The notes below the pieces were generated by a model, which did not search any database, had not been told where the DNA came from, and saw nothing but the letters and a program-made list of their open reading frames with translations. A stretch of DNA of 40,821 nucleotides from Mycoplasma sp. (GTDB taxonomy: Bacteria > Bacillota_I > Bacilli_A > Mycoplasmatales > Mycoplasmoidaceae), in NCBI GenBank assembly GCA_045657345.1, contig JAZOSV010000002.1, forward strand, positions 1 to 40,821, read 5' to 3'. Below, piece by piece: positions 9,802-21,536 of the stretch; the stretch's first letter is position 1; each line of letters begins with the position of its first letter. The position numbers and the translations under genes were made by a program.

Positions 9802-10344
9802 ATGTCAAGAATTGGAAATCGTATTTTATCAATACCTACAGGGATATCAGTAGAAATTAAAAATGATTTTATTAATATTACTGGCCCAAAAGGGATATTA
9901 GATGTTAATTTTAATAATAAATTAATTTCTGTTAAACATCAAGATAATAAGCTAGTAATCACTAGATTAAATGAAGATAAAGAAACTAAAATGCTTCATG
10001 GCACTACCAATGCTAACATAGCTAATGCTATTTTAGGTGTTAATAATGAATTTAAAAAGGAATTAGTTTTAAAAGGTGTTGGTTATAAAGCTAAGGTTGA
10101 AGGAAAGAAATTAGTTTTAACACTTGGTTTTTCTCACCCAGTTGAACTTGATATTCCTAATGGTATTAAAGTGGAAGCACCATCAAATACAGATATTATT
10201 ATTACTAGTATTAATAAACAAGCTATAGGTCAATTTTGTGCAGTTATTAGAAAATACCGTCCGCCTGAACCATATAAAGGAAAAGGGATTTTATTTAAAA
10301 ATGAACAAATTATCCGAAAAGTTGGTAAGAAAGCTGAAAAGTAA
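9802..10344 (+). CDS. rplF: 50S ribosomal protein uL6
   Basis: MSRIGNRILSIP..; 180 aa. Confidence 0.93.
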   Translation: MSRIGNRILSIPTGISVEIKNDFINITGPKGILDVNFNNKLISVKHQDNKLVITRLNEDKETKMLHGTTNANIANAILGVNNEFKKELVLKGVGYKAKVEGKKLVLTLGFSHPVELDIPNGIKVEAPSNTDIIITSINKQAIGQFCAVIRKYRPPEPYKGKGILFKNEQIIRKVGKKAEK

Positions 10345-10356
10345 GAGGAGGTTTAA

Positions 10357-10716
10357 ATGAAAAGAATTAGTTTTGATAAAAATGCTCAACGTTTAATTAG
10401 ACAAAAGCGAAATCTTATTTTGCTAAAAAAGATAGAATGTGATCGGCCAAGATTATTAGTTACAAAAACTAATGCTCATATTTTTATACAATTAATTGAT
10501 TTGAATACACAAAAAACATTAGCATCTTCTAGTTCAGTTGCTTTAAAACTTAAAAACGGAAACAAAGACAATGCGGCTAAAGTTGGTACTGATATTGCTC
10601 AAAAGATTAAAAAATTAAAAATTAGTGAAATAGCTTTTGATCGTGGTGGCTCAAAATACCATGGTCGTGTTAAATCATTAGCAGATGCTATTCGAGCAGA
10701 AGGGATTAAATTCTAG
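10357..10716 (+). CDS. rplR: 50S ribosomal protein uL18
   Basis: 119 aa, ..[23 protein letters not shown].. Confidence 0.92.
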   Translation: MKRISFDKNAQRLIRQKRNLILLKKIECDRPRLLVTKTNAHIFIQLIDLNTQKTLASSSSVALKLKNGNKDNAAKVGTDIAQKIKKLKISEIAFDRGGSKYHGRVKSLADAIRAEGIKF

Positions 10717-10726
10717 GAGGTTATTT

Positions 10727-11368
10727 ATGAATATTGATAATGAAAAAGAATTAACAAATATAGAGGCAGATAAAAAAGAAATTCAACAAAAAACAGTTCA
10801 AGTAGAAACACAAGATGCTACTTCTAATGATGCTAATAAAATTAATAATGAAAATGTAATTAAAAAAACTCCAATTAAGCGTCAAGTTTCTCCTAATGGA
10901 TTTATTGAAAAAGTAGTTCAAATCAAACGAATTTCTAAGACTACTAAAGGTGGTCGTAATATGCGTTTTTCTGCTCTAGTAGTAATTGGTAATAAAAATG
11001 GTGAAGTTGGTTTTGGTATGGGAAAATCAATTGAAGTTCCTGATGCAATCAAAAAAGCGTTAAAAAATGCTAACAATAATATTAGACAAGTTAAGATTAA
11101 TAAAAATGGAACAGTATTTCATGAAAAAACCGGTCGTCATGGTGCAAGTCGAATTTTAGTAAAACCAGCACCAAAAGGTACAGGAATTATTGCTGGTGGT
11201 CCAATTCGTGCAGTTGTAGAATTAGCTGGATACTATGATATTTATACAAAGTGTTTAGGATCGTCTACTCCAATCAATGCAATTAGAGCAACAATTGATG
11301 GTTTATCAAAACAATTTTCACCTTATGAAATTGCAAAATTAAGAGACAAAAAAGTTTCAGAATTATAA
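10727..11368 (+). CDS. rpsE: 30S ribosomal protein uS5 with N-terminal extension
   Basis: ATG 10727 lies downstream of AGGAGG; the track start 10685 lies inside rplR. Core ..[22 protein letters not shown]..; 213 aa. Confidence 0.9.
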   Translation: MNIDNEKELTNIEADKKEIQQKTVQVETQDATSNDANKINNENVIKKTPIKRQVSPNGFIEKVVQIKRISKTTKGGRNMRFSALVVIGNKNGEVGFGMGKSIEVPDAIKKALKNANNNIRQVKINKNGTVFHEKTGRHGASRILVKPAPKGTGIIAGGPIRAVVELAGYYDIYTKCLGSSTPINAIRATIDGLSKQFSPYEIAKLRDKKVSEL

Positions 11369-11387
11369 TATTTAAAGGAGTATTAGA

Positions 11388-11840
11388 ATGGAATTACATA
11401 ACTTAAAATCTACTGAAGGTTCAAGAAATCATAAAAGAAAAATTGTTGGTCGTGGTCATGGTTCAGGTATTGGTAAAACATCTGGTCGTGGTCAAGATGG
11501 ACAAAAGTCAAGAAAATCACCACATACAAGATTAGGTTTTGAAGGTGGCCAAACACCATTATATAGACGTGTTCAAAAAGTAGGTTTTAATAATTATAAT
11601 TTTGCAAATAACTACAATGTAATTAATTTAAAAGATTTATTAAAAATTAAGGAAAAAACAATTGATCTAAATTTATTAGTTAAGAAAGGATTTTTTTCAA
11701 AGAATTCAAAATATCCACTTAAAGTAATTGGTAATGCAAAAATTAATAGTGGTATTACAATCAAGGCTAATAAATTTAGCGAGGGAGCTAAAACAGCTAT
11801 TACAGCTTCAAATTCAAAATTTGAAATTGTTAATAATTAA
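11388..11840 (+). CDS. rplO: 50S ribosomal protein uL15
   Basis: ..GRGHGSGIGKTSGRGQDGQKSR..; 150 aa. Confidence 0.93.
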   Translation: MELHNLKSTEGSRNHKRKIVGRGHGSGIGKTSGRGQDGQKSRKSPHTRLGFEGGQTPLYRRVQKVGFNNYNFANNYNVINLKDLLKIKEKTIDLNLLVKKGFFSKNSKYPLKVIGNAKINSGITIKANKFSEGAKTAITASNSKFEIVNN

Positions 11841-11883
11841 TTTTTATTAGTTTAAAATATTTAGTATAGATTTTTTAATAATT

Positions 11884-13311
11884 ATGGCTACTAATAAACG
11901 TTATAGTAAAGATTTTCATTTTATTAGGCAACTAAAAAATATTGTTACTTCTAAAAAAGTAATAATATCAATTTTAGTTACTTTATTTTTTATGGTACTT
12001 TATAATTTTGTTTCAAAAATTTCCATGCCATATTTAAAAATTGATAATACTAGTGGATTAAATCAAAATGCCTTATATAACATCTTGAATATGTTAGGTG
12101 GTGGTGGTATCACCAATATGAGTATGTTTGCAATTGGGATTTCTCCATATATTACAACACAAATTATTGTTCAATTATTATCATCTGATGTTATTCCGCC
12201 ATTGGCACGGTTAGCAAAATCAGGAGAACGTGGTCGTAAAAAAATTGAAATGATCTCCCGAGTCTTTTGTTTACCTTTTTCAATATTACAAGCATACTCT
12301 ATTTTTGCCTTGTTTTCTAGTCAGGGCATTCAAATCAAGTCAGATCTACCTGCTTCTTTACATGGTTTTTTTTATATAACATTAATGGTTGCTGGTACTT
12401 ATATTGCTATCTTTTTTAGTGATTTAATTACTAAAAGAGGTGTTGGAAACGGAGTTACAACAATTATTTTATGTGGGATTGTTTCCACATTAGTTCCTAA
12501 CTTTATTTATGTAAAAAATAATATTGATACATATGTTCAGGGCCAATTGTACCAATTGATTTCATTTATAGTTTATATAATTTTTTATTTAGCTATTTTA
12601 TGAGTAATCACTTTTGTAAATTGTTCATCTAGAAAAATTCCAATTCAACAAACCGGACAATCATTAATGAAATTAGGTGATGATTTACCTTATTTACCAT
12701 TTAAGTTGAACACTGGTGGTGTGATTCCTGTTATTTTTGCTTCCTCAATTATGAGTTTACCTTTGACTATATCTGAAATTGTAAAAACTAATACTGGCCC
12801 AAATGGCTTTACTAATTTTTCAGAATTAATGTTTTCTTTTTCTAGTTGAGCTGGAATTATTGTCTACTGTGTTTTGATTATTTTATTTACATTCTTTTAT
12901 TCATATGTTCAATTGAATCCAAATAAAATTTCTAATGATTTTATGAAGTCAGGCCGTTTTATTATTGGAGTTAAAATTGGTAAGGAAACTGAAAAATATA
13001 TTTCACAAGTCTTGTATAGGATAAATTGAATTGGTGGTCCATTTCTAGCAGTCATTGCCTCCTTAGCTTATGTTGCAAGTATAGTAACAACAACTAAGTC
13101 TGGTGTACCAATTATTCCATCAAATGCTGCTCTTGGTGGAACAGGGATTATCATTTTAGTATCTGGAACACTAGATTTATGACAATCAATAGTTTCTGTT
13201 TCTACAACTACATCATATAAGATTATGAGAAAAAGAATGGAAATTGATGATGCTAAAATTATTGGTAATGATCAAATTCTTAGTGAAGATGTGAACTCAG
13301 TTTTATGATAG
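11884..13311 (+). CDS. secY: Preprotein translocase subunit SecY
   Basis: Multi-TM protein in the canonical position after rplO. Fragments 11884-12603 and 12667-12849 and the rest are joined through TGA codons; 475 aa. Confidence 0.9.
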
Positions 13312-13321
13312 GAGTATACTA

Positions 13322-13972
13322 ATGAAAAAAGATTTTAAAATTATTTTAATAGGAGCTCCAGGTAGTGGCAAAGGTACAATTTCAAGTATTTTATGTAAGC
13401 AATATAATTTAAAACATATTTCCACTGGTAATTTATTTAGGGATAAAATTAAATCTGATAAAACAGATTTAGCATTAGAAATTGCAAACCTTTTAAACAA
13501 AGGTGAATTAGTTCCTGATGAAATTACCAATAAGTTGGTTAAACAAGAAATTTTAAAGTGCTTTGAAAAAAAACAAGGTTTTATCTTAGATGGATATCCT
13601 CGAAATATTGATCAAGCTAAATTTTTAAATGATATTTGCGATATTGATTTTGTTTTTTATTCTGATATAGATAAAAATGAATTATATAAAAGAATTTCAG
13701 GAAGGTTAGTGTGCTCATCATGTGGCGCTATTTTTAACACCTTCTTAAAACCACCAAAAGTTATTAATACATGTGATGTTTGTCATGAAGCCTTATTCCA
13801 AAGAAAAGATGATAATTTTGATTCTTTTAAGTTACGAATGAGTGAATATAAAAAGAAAACCGCACCGCTTATAAATTTTTTTAAAAATTTAAATAAATTA
13901 GATAAAATAAATGTTGGAAAATCAATTGATGAAGTTATTGTTGAAATTGAGAAAGTTTTAAATGCTAATTAA
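13322..13972 (+). CDS. adk: Adenylate kinase
   Basis: P-loop GAPGSGKGT; Cys-containing lid CSSCG..CDVC; follows secY. Confidence 0.93.
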   Translation: MKKDFKIILIGAPGSGKGTISSILCKQYNLKHISTGNLFRDKIKSDKTDLALEIANLLNKGELVPDEITNKLVKQEILKCFEKKQGFILDGYPRNIDQAKFLNDICDIDFVFYSDIDKNELYKRISGRLVCSSCGAIFNTFLKPPKVINTCDVCHEALFQRKDDNFDSFKLRMSEYKKKTAPLINFFKNLNKLDKINVGKSIDEVIVEIEKVLNAN

Positions 13973-14711
13973 AACTAACCAAGATATTGAGTTAATTAAA
14001 GAAGCATCAAGAATATGAAAGTTAGCGCGAGCTGCCATTCTTGATAAAGTATGTGAGGGCATTAAATTAATTGATTTAGATGAAGTTGCTAGGATAGTAA
14101 TTGAATCTAATGGTGCTAGTTGTGCTTTTCATAACTATCTTGGTTTTCCAAAGCATATTTGTATTTCAGTGAATGAAACTCTCATTCATGGAGTCCCAGA
14201 TGATTACTGCTTAAAAAAAGGTGATCTTGTAACTTTTGATATTGGCATAAAATTTAAAAATCACTTTTGTGATGCTGCATTTAGTGTTATTATTGGCGAA
14301 GGCTCAATTGAAGCACAATCAATTAACAATGTTTGTTATCAAAGTTTAATGCTTGCAATTGCAAGCATTAAACCAAATAAAACTACCAATTTAGATTTAG
14401 CAGAAGTGATAGAAAATTATGTTACAAGTAATGGATATGAAGTTATTAGAAACTTTACTGGTCATGGTTGTGGAAATGAAATCCATGAGGACCCTATTAT
14501 TCCTAATTATCGTTCATTTTTATTTCCAAAAGTTATGTTAGTGCCTAATATGGTGATATGTATTGAACCAATGATTATGACAAAATCAAATAAATATTTT
14601 ATTAGTAAAAAAGATAATTGAGCAGTAATTGCTAAAAATAAAAAATTAACATGCCATTGAGAACATATGATTTTAATTACAGAAAATGGCTGTGAAATTT
14701 TAACAGAATAG
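13962..14711 (+). CDS. map: Methionine aminopeptidase type I
   Basis: ATG 13962 overlaps the adk end by 11 nt. MLIKTNQDIELIKEASRIW.. joins track ORF 14169-14621 in frame and extends to TAG 14709; 249 aa. Confidence 0.88.
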
Positions 14712-14730
14712 TTAGATTATTGGAGTATTA

Positions 14731-14952
14731 ATGAGTCAAAATCAAGATAAAATTTGCCTTAAAGGAACAGTAAAAGAGATTACATCAGGTGGAACTTATT
14801 TAGTTTTACTTGAAAATAATTTAGAAATTTCAGCTCATGTTTCTGGTAAGATGCGTGTGAATAGAATTTCTATTTTACCAGGTGATGTTGTTGATGTTGA
14901 GCTTAGCCCATATGATTTGACTAAAGGAAGAATTACTTATCGACAAAAATAA
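14731..14952 (+). CDS. infA: Translation initiation factor IF-1
   Basis: 73 aa S1-fold protein, ..[34 protein letters not shown].. Confidence 0.93.
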   Translation: MSQNQDKICLKGTVKEITSGGTYLVLLENNLEISAHVSGKMRVNRISILPGDVVDVELSPYDLTKGRITYRQK

Positions 14953-14963
14953 GTGAGGAAAAT

Positions 14964-15077
14964 ATGAAAGTTAGAGCATCAGTAAAGCCAATTTGTAATG
15001 ATTGTAAAATTATAAAAAGATCAGGCATTATTAGGGTAATTTGTAAAAACCCTAAGCATAAACAAAGACAAGGTTAG
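14964..15077 (+). CDS. rpmJ: 50S ribosomal protein bL36, zinc-binding form
   Basis: 37 aa, [37 protein letters not shown]; too short for the track. Confidence 0.92.
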   Translation: MKVRASVKPICNDCKIIKRSGIIRVICKNPKHKQRQG

Positions 15078-15085
15078 GAGTTTTA

Positions 15086-15460
15086 ATGGCACGTATATTA
15101 GGTGTAGATATTCCAAATGATAAACGTATAGTGATTTCGTTAACATATATTTATGGTATTGGTCGTTCTAGATCAAGTATGATTTTAAAAGAAGCTAAGA
15201 TTGATGAAAATATTAAGACAAAAAACTTAACAGAAGATCAGCTTGCTCAAATTAGACAAATTGCACAAAGGTTTCAACTTGAAGGTGATCTTCGTCGAGA
15301 AGTTGCAATGAACATAAAGTTAAAAATGGAAGTTGGTTGTTATGCCGGCATTAGACATCGTCGTAATTTACCAGTTAGAGGCCAAAGAACTAGGACTAAT
15401 GCAAGAACTAGAAAAGGTCCTAGAAAAACAGTTGCTAACAAGAAAATTGAAACACGTTAA
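15086..15460 (+). CDS. rpsM: 30S ribosomal protein uS13
   Basis: [14 protein letters not shown]..; 124 aa. Confidence 0.95.
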   Translation: MARILGVDIPNDKRIVISLTYIYGIGRSRSSMILKEAKIDENIKTKNLTEDQLAQIRQIAQRFQLEGDLRREVAMNIKLKMEVGCYAGIRHRRNLPVRGQRTRTNARTRKGPRKTVANKKIETR

Positions 15461-15472
15461 TAGGAGCAAATA

Positions 15473-15838
15473 ATGGCAAAAAAGAAAAAAATTAATTTTA
15501 CAAATGGAATTGCTCATATTCATGCGACTAGAAATAATACTATTGTTTCATTATCTGATAAACAAGGAAATGTTATTACTTGAGCATCATCTGGTAGCAT
15601 AGGATATAAAGGAGCAAAAAAGAAAACAGCATATTCAGCTGGTTTAGCAGCAGAGAAGGCAGCAAGAGAGTCATATGCTTTAGGTCTAAGAAATGTTAAG
15701 GTTCATATTAATGGAATTGGCTCAGGAGGTGAAACAGCAATTAGAAGTTTACAAGTTGCTGGGTTAAAAGTTACTTCAATAAGTGATGTAACACCTATTC
15801 CACATAATGGTTGTAGACCACCAAAGAAACCAAGATAA
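15473..15838 (+). CDS. rpsK: 30S ribosomal protein uS11
   Basis: ..[28 protein letters not shown]..; internal TGA; 121 aa. Confidence 0.92.
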
Positions 15839-15858
15839 ATTTAGTTTAAGGAGTTGTT

Positions 15859-16842
15859 ATGGAAAAATTTTTAAAATATAAAGTTCAAATTGAAGAGTCA
15901 GAAAAAAACAATGAGAATTATGCAAAATTTACTATTAGTCCACTTGAAAGAGGATTTGGTAATACATTAGGTAATGCATTAAGAAGAGTGTGTTTATCTT
16001 CCATCCCAGGAGCATCAATGTTTGCTATTAAAATCCCTGGTATTACTCATGAATTTCAAGCAATTGAAGGTGTTAATGAAGATTTAACTGAAATTATTTT
16101 AAATCTTAAAAAATTAGTAGTAAAAATTGATGAAAATATTATTCCTTTTGAAGAATTAGAATCAACTAATATTGAAAAGTGACCAATATTAACAATTGAT
16201 AAATCAAAAAAAGGAGAAATTCTTGCTTCTGATATTGAAGTTCCAGTTGGATTTACAATTATTAATAAAGATTTACATATTGCAACATTAACTAAAGATG
16301 TTAATTTTAAAGTTGATATTTATGTTAAGTTAGGAAGAGGTTTTAAATCATTTAAAGAAAATAAGGAAGGCATTTCTTCACTTAATATTATTCCAACAGA
16401 TTCAGATTTCTCACCAGTTACTAAATTTACATATAATGTTGAAGAAATTAAAACAACTAAAAATGCAATGAGTGATAAATTAGTAGTTGAACTTTCTACT
16501 AATGGAGCAGTTAATGCTGGAAAGGCAATTGCGATTGCTTCTAAAATTTTAGTAGAACATTTTAATTTGATTAGTGATTTAGATGAACAAATTGCAAATA
16601 TTCAAATTATGCGTGAACGTGAAGCTGAAACTAAAAGAGTAAACCTTTCTATTCCAATCGAAAACCTTAATCTTTCTGTTAGAGCTTATAATGCTTTAAT
16701 GACAATGAACATCAAAACAACACAAGAAATTATTGATCGTTCTCGTAAAGAAATTGAAAATATTAGAAATCTAGGTAAAAAATCAGTTAATGAAATTATC
16801 AAAGTTATCCATGAACGCGGATTAAAATTTAGAGAAGAATAA
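15859..16842 (+). CDS. rpoA: DNA-directed RNA polymerase alpha subunit
   Basis: Fragments 15859-16182 and 16468-16842 are in frame and joined through TGA codons. ..[17 protein letters not shown].. plus a C-terminal domain ..[11 protein letters not shown]..; 327 aa. Confidence 0.93.
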
Positions 16843-16862
16843 TCAATAAGGAGAAAACGGTT

Positions 16863-17222
16863 ATGTCATTTCAAAATAAACCTGGTAAAACAAGCGCTTG
16901 AAGAAAAATGGTAATTCGTCAACAAATTAGTGATGTTTTAGCTCATGGACAAATTATTACTACTTTAACTAAGGCAAAGGAAAGTAGGAAACACGTTGAT
17001 AAAATGATCACATATGCAAAAAGGAACACACTTGCTTCTCGTCGAATGGCAGCAAGATATTTATTAAATACTTCTTGCATGGATATTGATGCACTTTTGA
17101 AAAAATTATTTAATGAATTAGGCCCAAAATATAAAGATCGAAAAGGTGGGTATTGCCGAGTCTTAAAAATTGGTACAAGACCTGGAGATAATGTTGAACA
17201 AGCAGTATTACAATTAGTATAG
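16863..17222 (+). CDS. rplQ: 50S ribosomal protein bL17
   Basis: ATG 16863, joined through TGA 16899 to track ORF 16908-17222; 119 aa; canonical position after rpoA. Confidence 0.9.
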
Positions 17223-17230
17223 GAAAAAAT

Positions 17231-17398
17231 ATGGCATTAAAAAGAGCAATTAGACTTCAATGTAGTGAATGTGAACGAAAAAATTATTTATCTAGAAAAA
17301 ATCAAAAAGCGAATCCAGATAAATTAGAATTAAATAAGTTTTGTAAGTGATGTAGGAAAGTAACTTTGCACAAAGAAACAAAGGACATCAAGAAATAA
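17231..17398 (+). CDS. rpmG: 50S ribosomal protein bL33, zinc-binding form
   Basis: 55 aa, ..[43 protein letters not shown]..; CxxC..CxxC with one TGA Trp. Confidence 0.85.
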
Positions 17399-17399
17399 A

Positions 17400-17699
17400 A
17401 TGTTTTTTATGATAGAAGATCAAAACGATTTAAATCAAAATCAATATTCATCATATGATAACCAAAATAATGAATATGAAAATTATTCCCAGAATGAAAA
17501 TATTTTACCTTTTCCAAAAAAGATAAAAATTTATCGTTGAGAAGAACAACATCTTTATGAAGATGCTTTTGATTTTGAAAATAGTGAATTTTTTAGAATT
17601 CTAAATGATTATCAAGATAATGAAAATAATCAAATTGATAATTGTCAAAATGAAGAAGGCTATCCTCATCAACAAAGACCAACATTATCAAGAAGGTAG
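17400..17699 (+). CDS. Hypothetical small acidic Asn/Gln/Glu-rich protein, 99 aa
   Basis: The ATG starts 1 nt after the rpmG stop. The frame is open to TAG 17697 with one internal TGA. No recognisable family. Confidence 0.4.
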
Positions 17700-17705
17700 C
17701 TATTA

Positions 17706-18854
17706 ATGAAAATATTAGTCATTGGTGCTGGTTTAGCTGGAAGTTCCTTTGCAAGATTAATAGCTGATAATAATGATGTATATGTGTTTGAAAAAAATAA
17801 TTTTATTGGTGGAAATTGTTTTGATCAATTAGATGATAATGGCATCTTGATACATTTATTTGGGCCTCATATTTTCCATACCTCAAATCGTGATGTTTGA
17901 AATTTTGTTAATCAATTTTCCAGATTTAAAAAAGTGACTCATCAAGCCTTAGTATCAGTTGATGATTATTTATTGCAAATGCCTATTAATTTAAATTCAA
18001 TTAAAACAGTTTTTCCAGATTTATTTACTGGATTTTTAGAAGAAGTACATAGTTTAAAATTATTTGGAAAACAAGCTAGCATTTTACAATTATTAAATTG
18101 TTTTAGAAATAACAATAATAAAAAGATTGTTAATTTTTTTTATGAAAAGGTTTTTGCTAATTACACTTCTAAAATGTGAGGAATACCAATTGATAAGTTG
18201 GGCAAAAATATTATTGAAAGGGTTAAAATTAATTTAAGCTATAATTGAGATTACTTTCCTGAAGATGAATTTTGTGGTCTGCCGGTTGAAGGTTATACAC
18301 AATTAATTACTAACATGTTGGATCATCCCAATATTAAAGTATTTACAAATAAGAATATAATTGATTTTAAAGTTAAAGATAACTTAATTTATATTGATAA
18401 CAAGTTTTATGATTTGGTTATCTTCACCGGAAGTATTGATGAGTTGTTTAGTTATAAATATGGTGTTTTACCATATCGTTCTTTAAATATTAAATTTGAA
18501 ACTATTTATAATGATTATTTGCAAACTGCATCAATCGTTAATTATCCGCAAGACCCATATTTAACTCGAATTTGTGAGTATAAAATTTTAAATAATCAAA
18601 GAATAGATGGGGTCACAACAATTTCAAAGGAATATCCTGGTGAATTTTATCTTTTAGATCCAGTTTTTTATAACCGATTTTATCCTATTAGAAATTTTGA
18701 AAATGACCAAATGTATAATAAATATCTTGAAGAAACAAAAAAAATTAACAATCTTTATTTACTAGGTCGTTTAGCTGAATACAAATATTATGACATGGAT
18801 GATGTTATAAGTAGCGCTATGAAATTGATTGAAAAATTAAATTTAAATAATTAA
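17706..18854 (+). CDS. glf: UDP-galactopyranose mutase
   Basis: N-terminal FAD fold MKILVIGAGLAGS..; ..GGNCFD..GILIHLFGPHIFHT.. and ..LLGRLAEYKYYDMDD..; three track fragments are in one frame; 382 aa. Confidence 0.8.
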
Positions 18855-18883
18855 TGATAAAATTATATTATCGTAAATGATAC

Positions 18884-18889
18884 TATAAT
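18884..18889 (+). promoter_or_regulatory. Candidate -10 box (TATAAT) 10 nt upstream of ATG 18900
   Basis: Perfect TATAAT with no Shine-Dalgarno sequence between it and the ATG, which implies a leaderless or near-leaderless mRNA. Confidence 0.3.
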
Positions 18890-18899
18890 AAATAACACT

Positions 18900-20252
18900 A
18901 TGAGTAAAAAGAATGACAGTAATTTAAATAATATTTATAATAGTTTAGTTGAAGTTTTATCAATTGTGTTTTTAAATAAACAAACTATCAATATTATAAA
19001 AACAGATACAAATGTAGAGAAGGCAGTTATTGACCTTTTAAATGTTTGCAATCAATTAGAAATAAAATTGGATATTGCAGATAAGGATAAAAAAATTAAT
19101 GAATTTAAATCAGCATTTGAAACTATTAACAATAATAAAAAAATAAGATTATCTAAGGTTAATGTAGATGATGAGGATAATATTTTAGACAAGATTAATT
19201 ACCTAAAAATTATTTTAAAAAATTCACATAATTTAGATTGAGTAGCAATTTTAAACTCTTTAAATTACAAATCTAATATTAAAAATGATCAAGAAGTTGT
19301 TGATGCCCAAAAAACTAATATTAACTATACTGATAATCATGAGGAAATACATTATAAAGATTCAGCTGATTTTTTAAGACAAAATAATATATCTATTGAT
19401 GACATTACTGATAATATTATTAAACAACAGGCTATCAATCTTTTAAATAGTGATATTGTGTCTAACAAGTTTTACCAATTTGATTCGAAACCAAAAATTT
19501 TTAAAATTCTTAAATATTTAATGTTTGGTTTATGACTATTTGCTTTTTTAGCTTTTTTTATTTTAATTATTTTTGGTTTCATCTTAAGAGATAAGTATTT
19601 TGCTTTTGAACAGTTACCAACATCATCTATTACTTATGAACAATTTCTTAATGGATATGGTTTAAAGTGATGAGGTATTGGTAATAATTTAATGACTGCA
19701 TTATTACCAGCTCTTTTAATTGTAGTTTCTTTGTTTTTTGTAGTCCATTTTATTTTTAATCAAATTAAATATTTTAAAAATGATAACATTCAATATGCTT
19801 TTAAGTCATCAATTTCTTGGTTTTATGTTATCTTTGTTTTAATATATATTTTGCTTCCTATTTTTTTAGATGTTAAAAATTCAATTTTAACAATTTTTAA
19901 AAATATTGATCTTGCTAATAATTTAAATATTAGTGGAGAACTTACAGTAACTAATATTCCTAATTCGTCAAGTGATGTTACAATAAAATTTGATAATGCA
20001 AGTAATTTTGCTATTTTTCAAGCTTATTATGTTTTAACAATTTTTTGTATTGTTTTAGCTGGTATTATTTTAATTACAACTATTGTTATGATGGTAATTA
20101 AGCCAAAATTAGATGTAAATCGAATTAATAAAAAGATTGAGGAATATTATAGTGATATTAAGAGTGGTAAAATAAGAGTTAATAATGATTATTCTGGTGG
20201 CGGTATGTTTGGTAATAGCCCATGAAAAAGAAACCCATTCTCACCTTGATAA
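18900..20252 (+). CDS. Hypothetical membrane protein, 450 aa
   Basis: Fragments 18900-19241 and 19692-20225 are in frame and joined through TGA codons. A soluble N-terminal stretch of about 200 aa is followed by several hydrophobic segments (..LMFGLWLFAFLAFFILIIFGFIL.., ..ALLPALLIVVSLFFVVHFIF..). Confidence 0.6.
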
Positions 20253-20263
20253 ATTAGGAGTTT

Positions 20264-21175
20264 ATTTTCAATTTTTCATTACAACAAAAAAAGTTAAATA
20301 GTAAGTTAGTAAAATTCTTTTTACCTTTTTATCCTTTGAAACTTTCTAAGTCATTATATTTTTTGACATTTTTTGGTTTAATGTTAGCAATTCGACTAAT
20401 ACTAAGTTTTTTTTCTATTAAAATCCCTTTATTAGGTATAAATTTTTCTTTTGTTTGAATTCCAGTTTATACTTTTGGTTTTTATTTTGGTCCTTGTGTT
20501 GGTTTATTTTTTGGAATTTTATCTGACACATTTGCTTGATTAATGAGTGGTTCAGTTTGGTTTTGATTGTATGCAATTCAGGAACCATGTATTGGTTTGC
20601 TTTCAGGGATGATTGGTTCTTGCTTTTTTATGTTTAACAAAAAATCAATTAAATGATTAATTTTAATTCAACAGCTTATTATTTCTTTCTTTACTGTTTT
20701 TACAATTGTTATTATTTTTAGTTATTATAATAAGATTTACAGTAATCAAGCAATTAATCAAAACAATGCTTTTGATAAGAAACTATATGTGATTTTAATT
20801 TGTATTTTTTTATTCATGTTTCTATTATTTAATGAAATACAAACTATTGTTATGTATTTAAAATATAAAAGTCATAAAATTCTCAATAACTATATACTAT
20901 ATCTTTATGTTTCTGTTCTAATAGTTATTTCAATTATCATTTTTTCTTTTATCTTAGGTCCAATTACTCAAATTAAATTTTATGAGTTCTTAAATAATGA
21001 TCCACCTAGCAATTATTTAAAATATGGGGCAATGTATTATTTAGTTCCTAGAGTAATTAAAGAATCATTTAAAACACCAATTTACATATTGTTAGTTTTT
21101 TCAATTGTTTTTGCTATTAAACATCAATTTAACTATAATATTAATAGCACTAAAAACAAATGGAACAAAAGATAA
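20264..21175 (+). CDS. Polytopic membrane protein, ECF-transporter S-component-like (folate-family-like); start uncertain
   Basis: The frame is open from 20258 to TAA 21173 with TGA read as Trp. ..LTFFGLMLAIRLILSFFSIKIPLLGINFSFVWIPVYTFGFYFGPCVGLFFGILSDTFAWL.. resembles S-component helices 1-3. The first in-frame ATG is 20381; earlier options are ATT 20264 and TTG 20336/20363. Confidence 0.4.
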
Positions 21176-21177
21176 AC

Positions 21178-21513
21178 ATGAAAAATAATTTTACAATTGT
21201 ATTATCTAACTCAATCAAGGTTTTAGACAATGGTGATCTAGAAATTGTAACTACTGATGGTCTTACTGGTATATGTTCTAAAAAAGAAATTAGTGATTAC
21301 ACTATTAATGATGTTGAATCTTATTTTAACACCTTTCTATCTTACAAGTTTAAAGTTATTAGTGTTGACAAAGATAACTTCTTAAACCTATCATATAAAC
21401 AATGTCATCCAAAGTTATATAAAAATAAACACAAAATAATTCCAACTGCTAACCATTATAAAACATTGAGAAGGAATGTATATTTAGATATGCAAAGCTA
21501 TTTTAAAAAATAA
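21178..21513 (+). CDS. Small S1-like RNA-binding domain protein (tentative)
   Basis: ..LEIVTTDGLTGICSKKEISDY..FKVISVDKDNFLNLSYKQ.. resembles an S1/OB fold. Alternative start ATG 21160 overlaps the upstream gene. Confidence 0.4.
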   Translation: MKNNFTIVLSNSIKVLDNGDLEIVTTDGLTGICSKKEISDYTINDVESYFNTFLSYKFKVISVDKDNFLNLSYKQCHPKLYKNKHKIIPTANHYKTLRRNVYLDMQSYFKK

Positions 21514-21536
21514 ATACATGAGAAAGTAAAAAAAGA

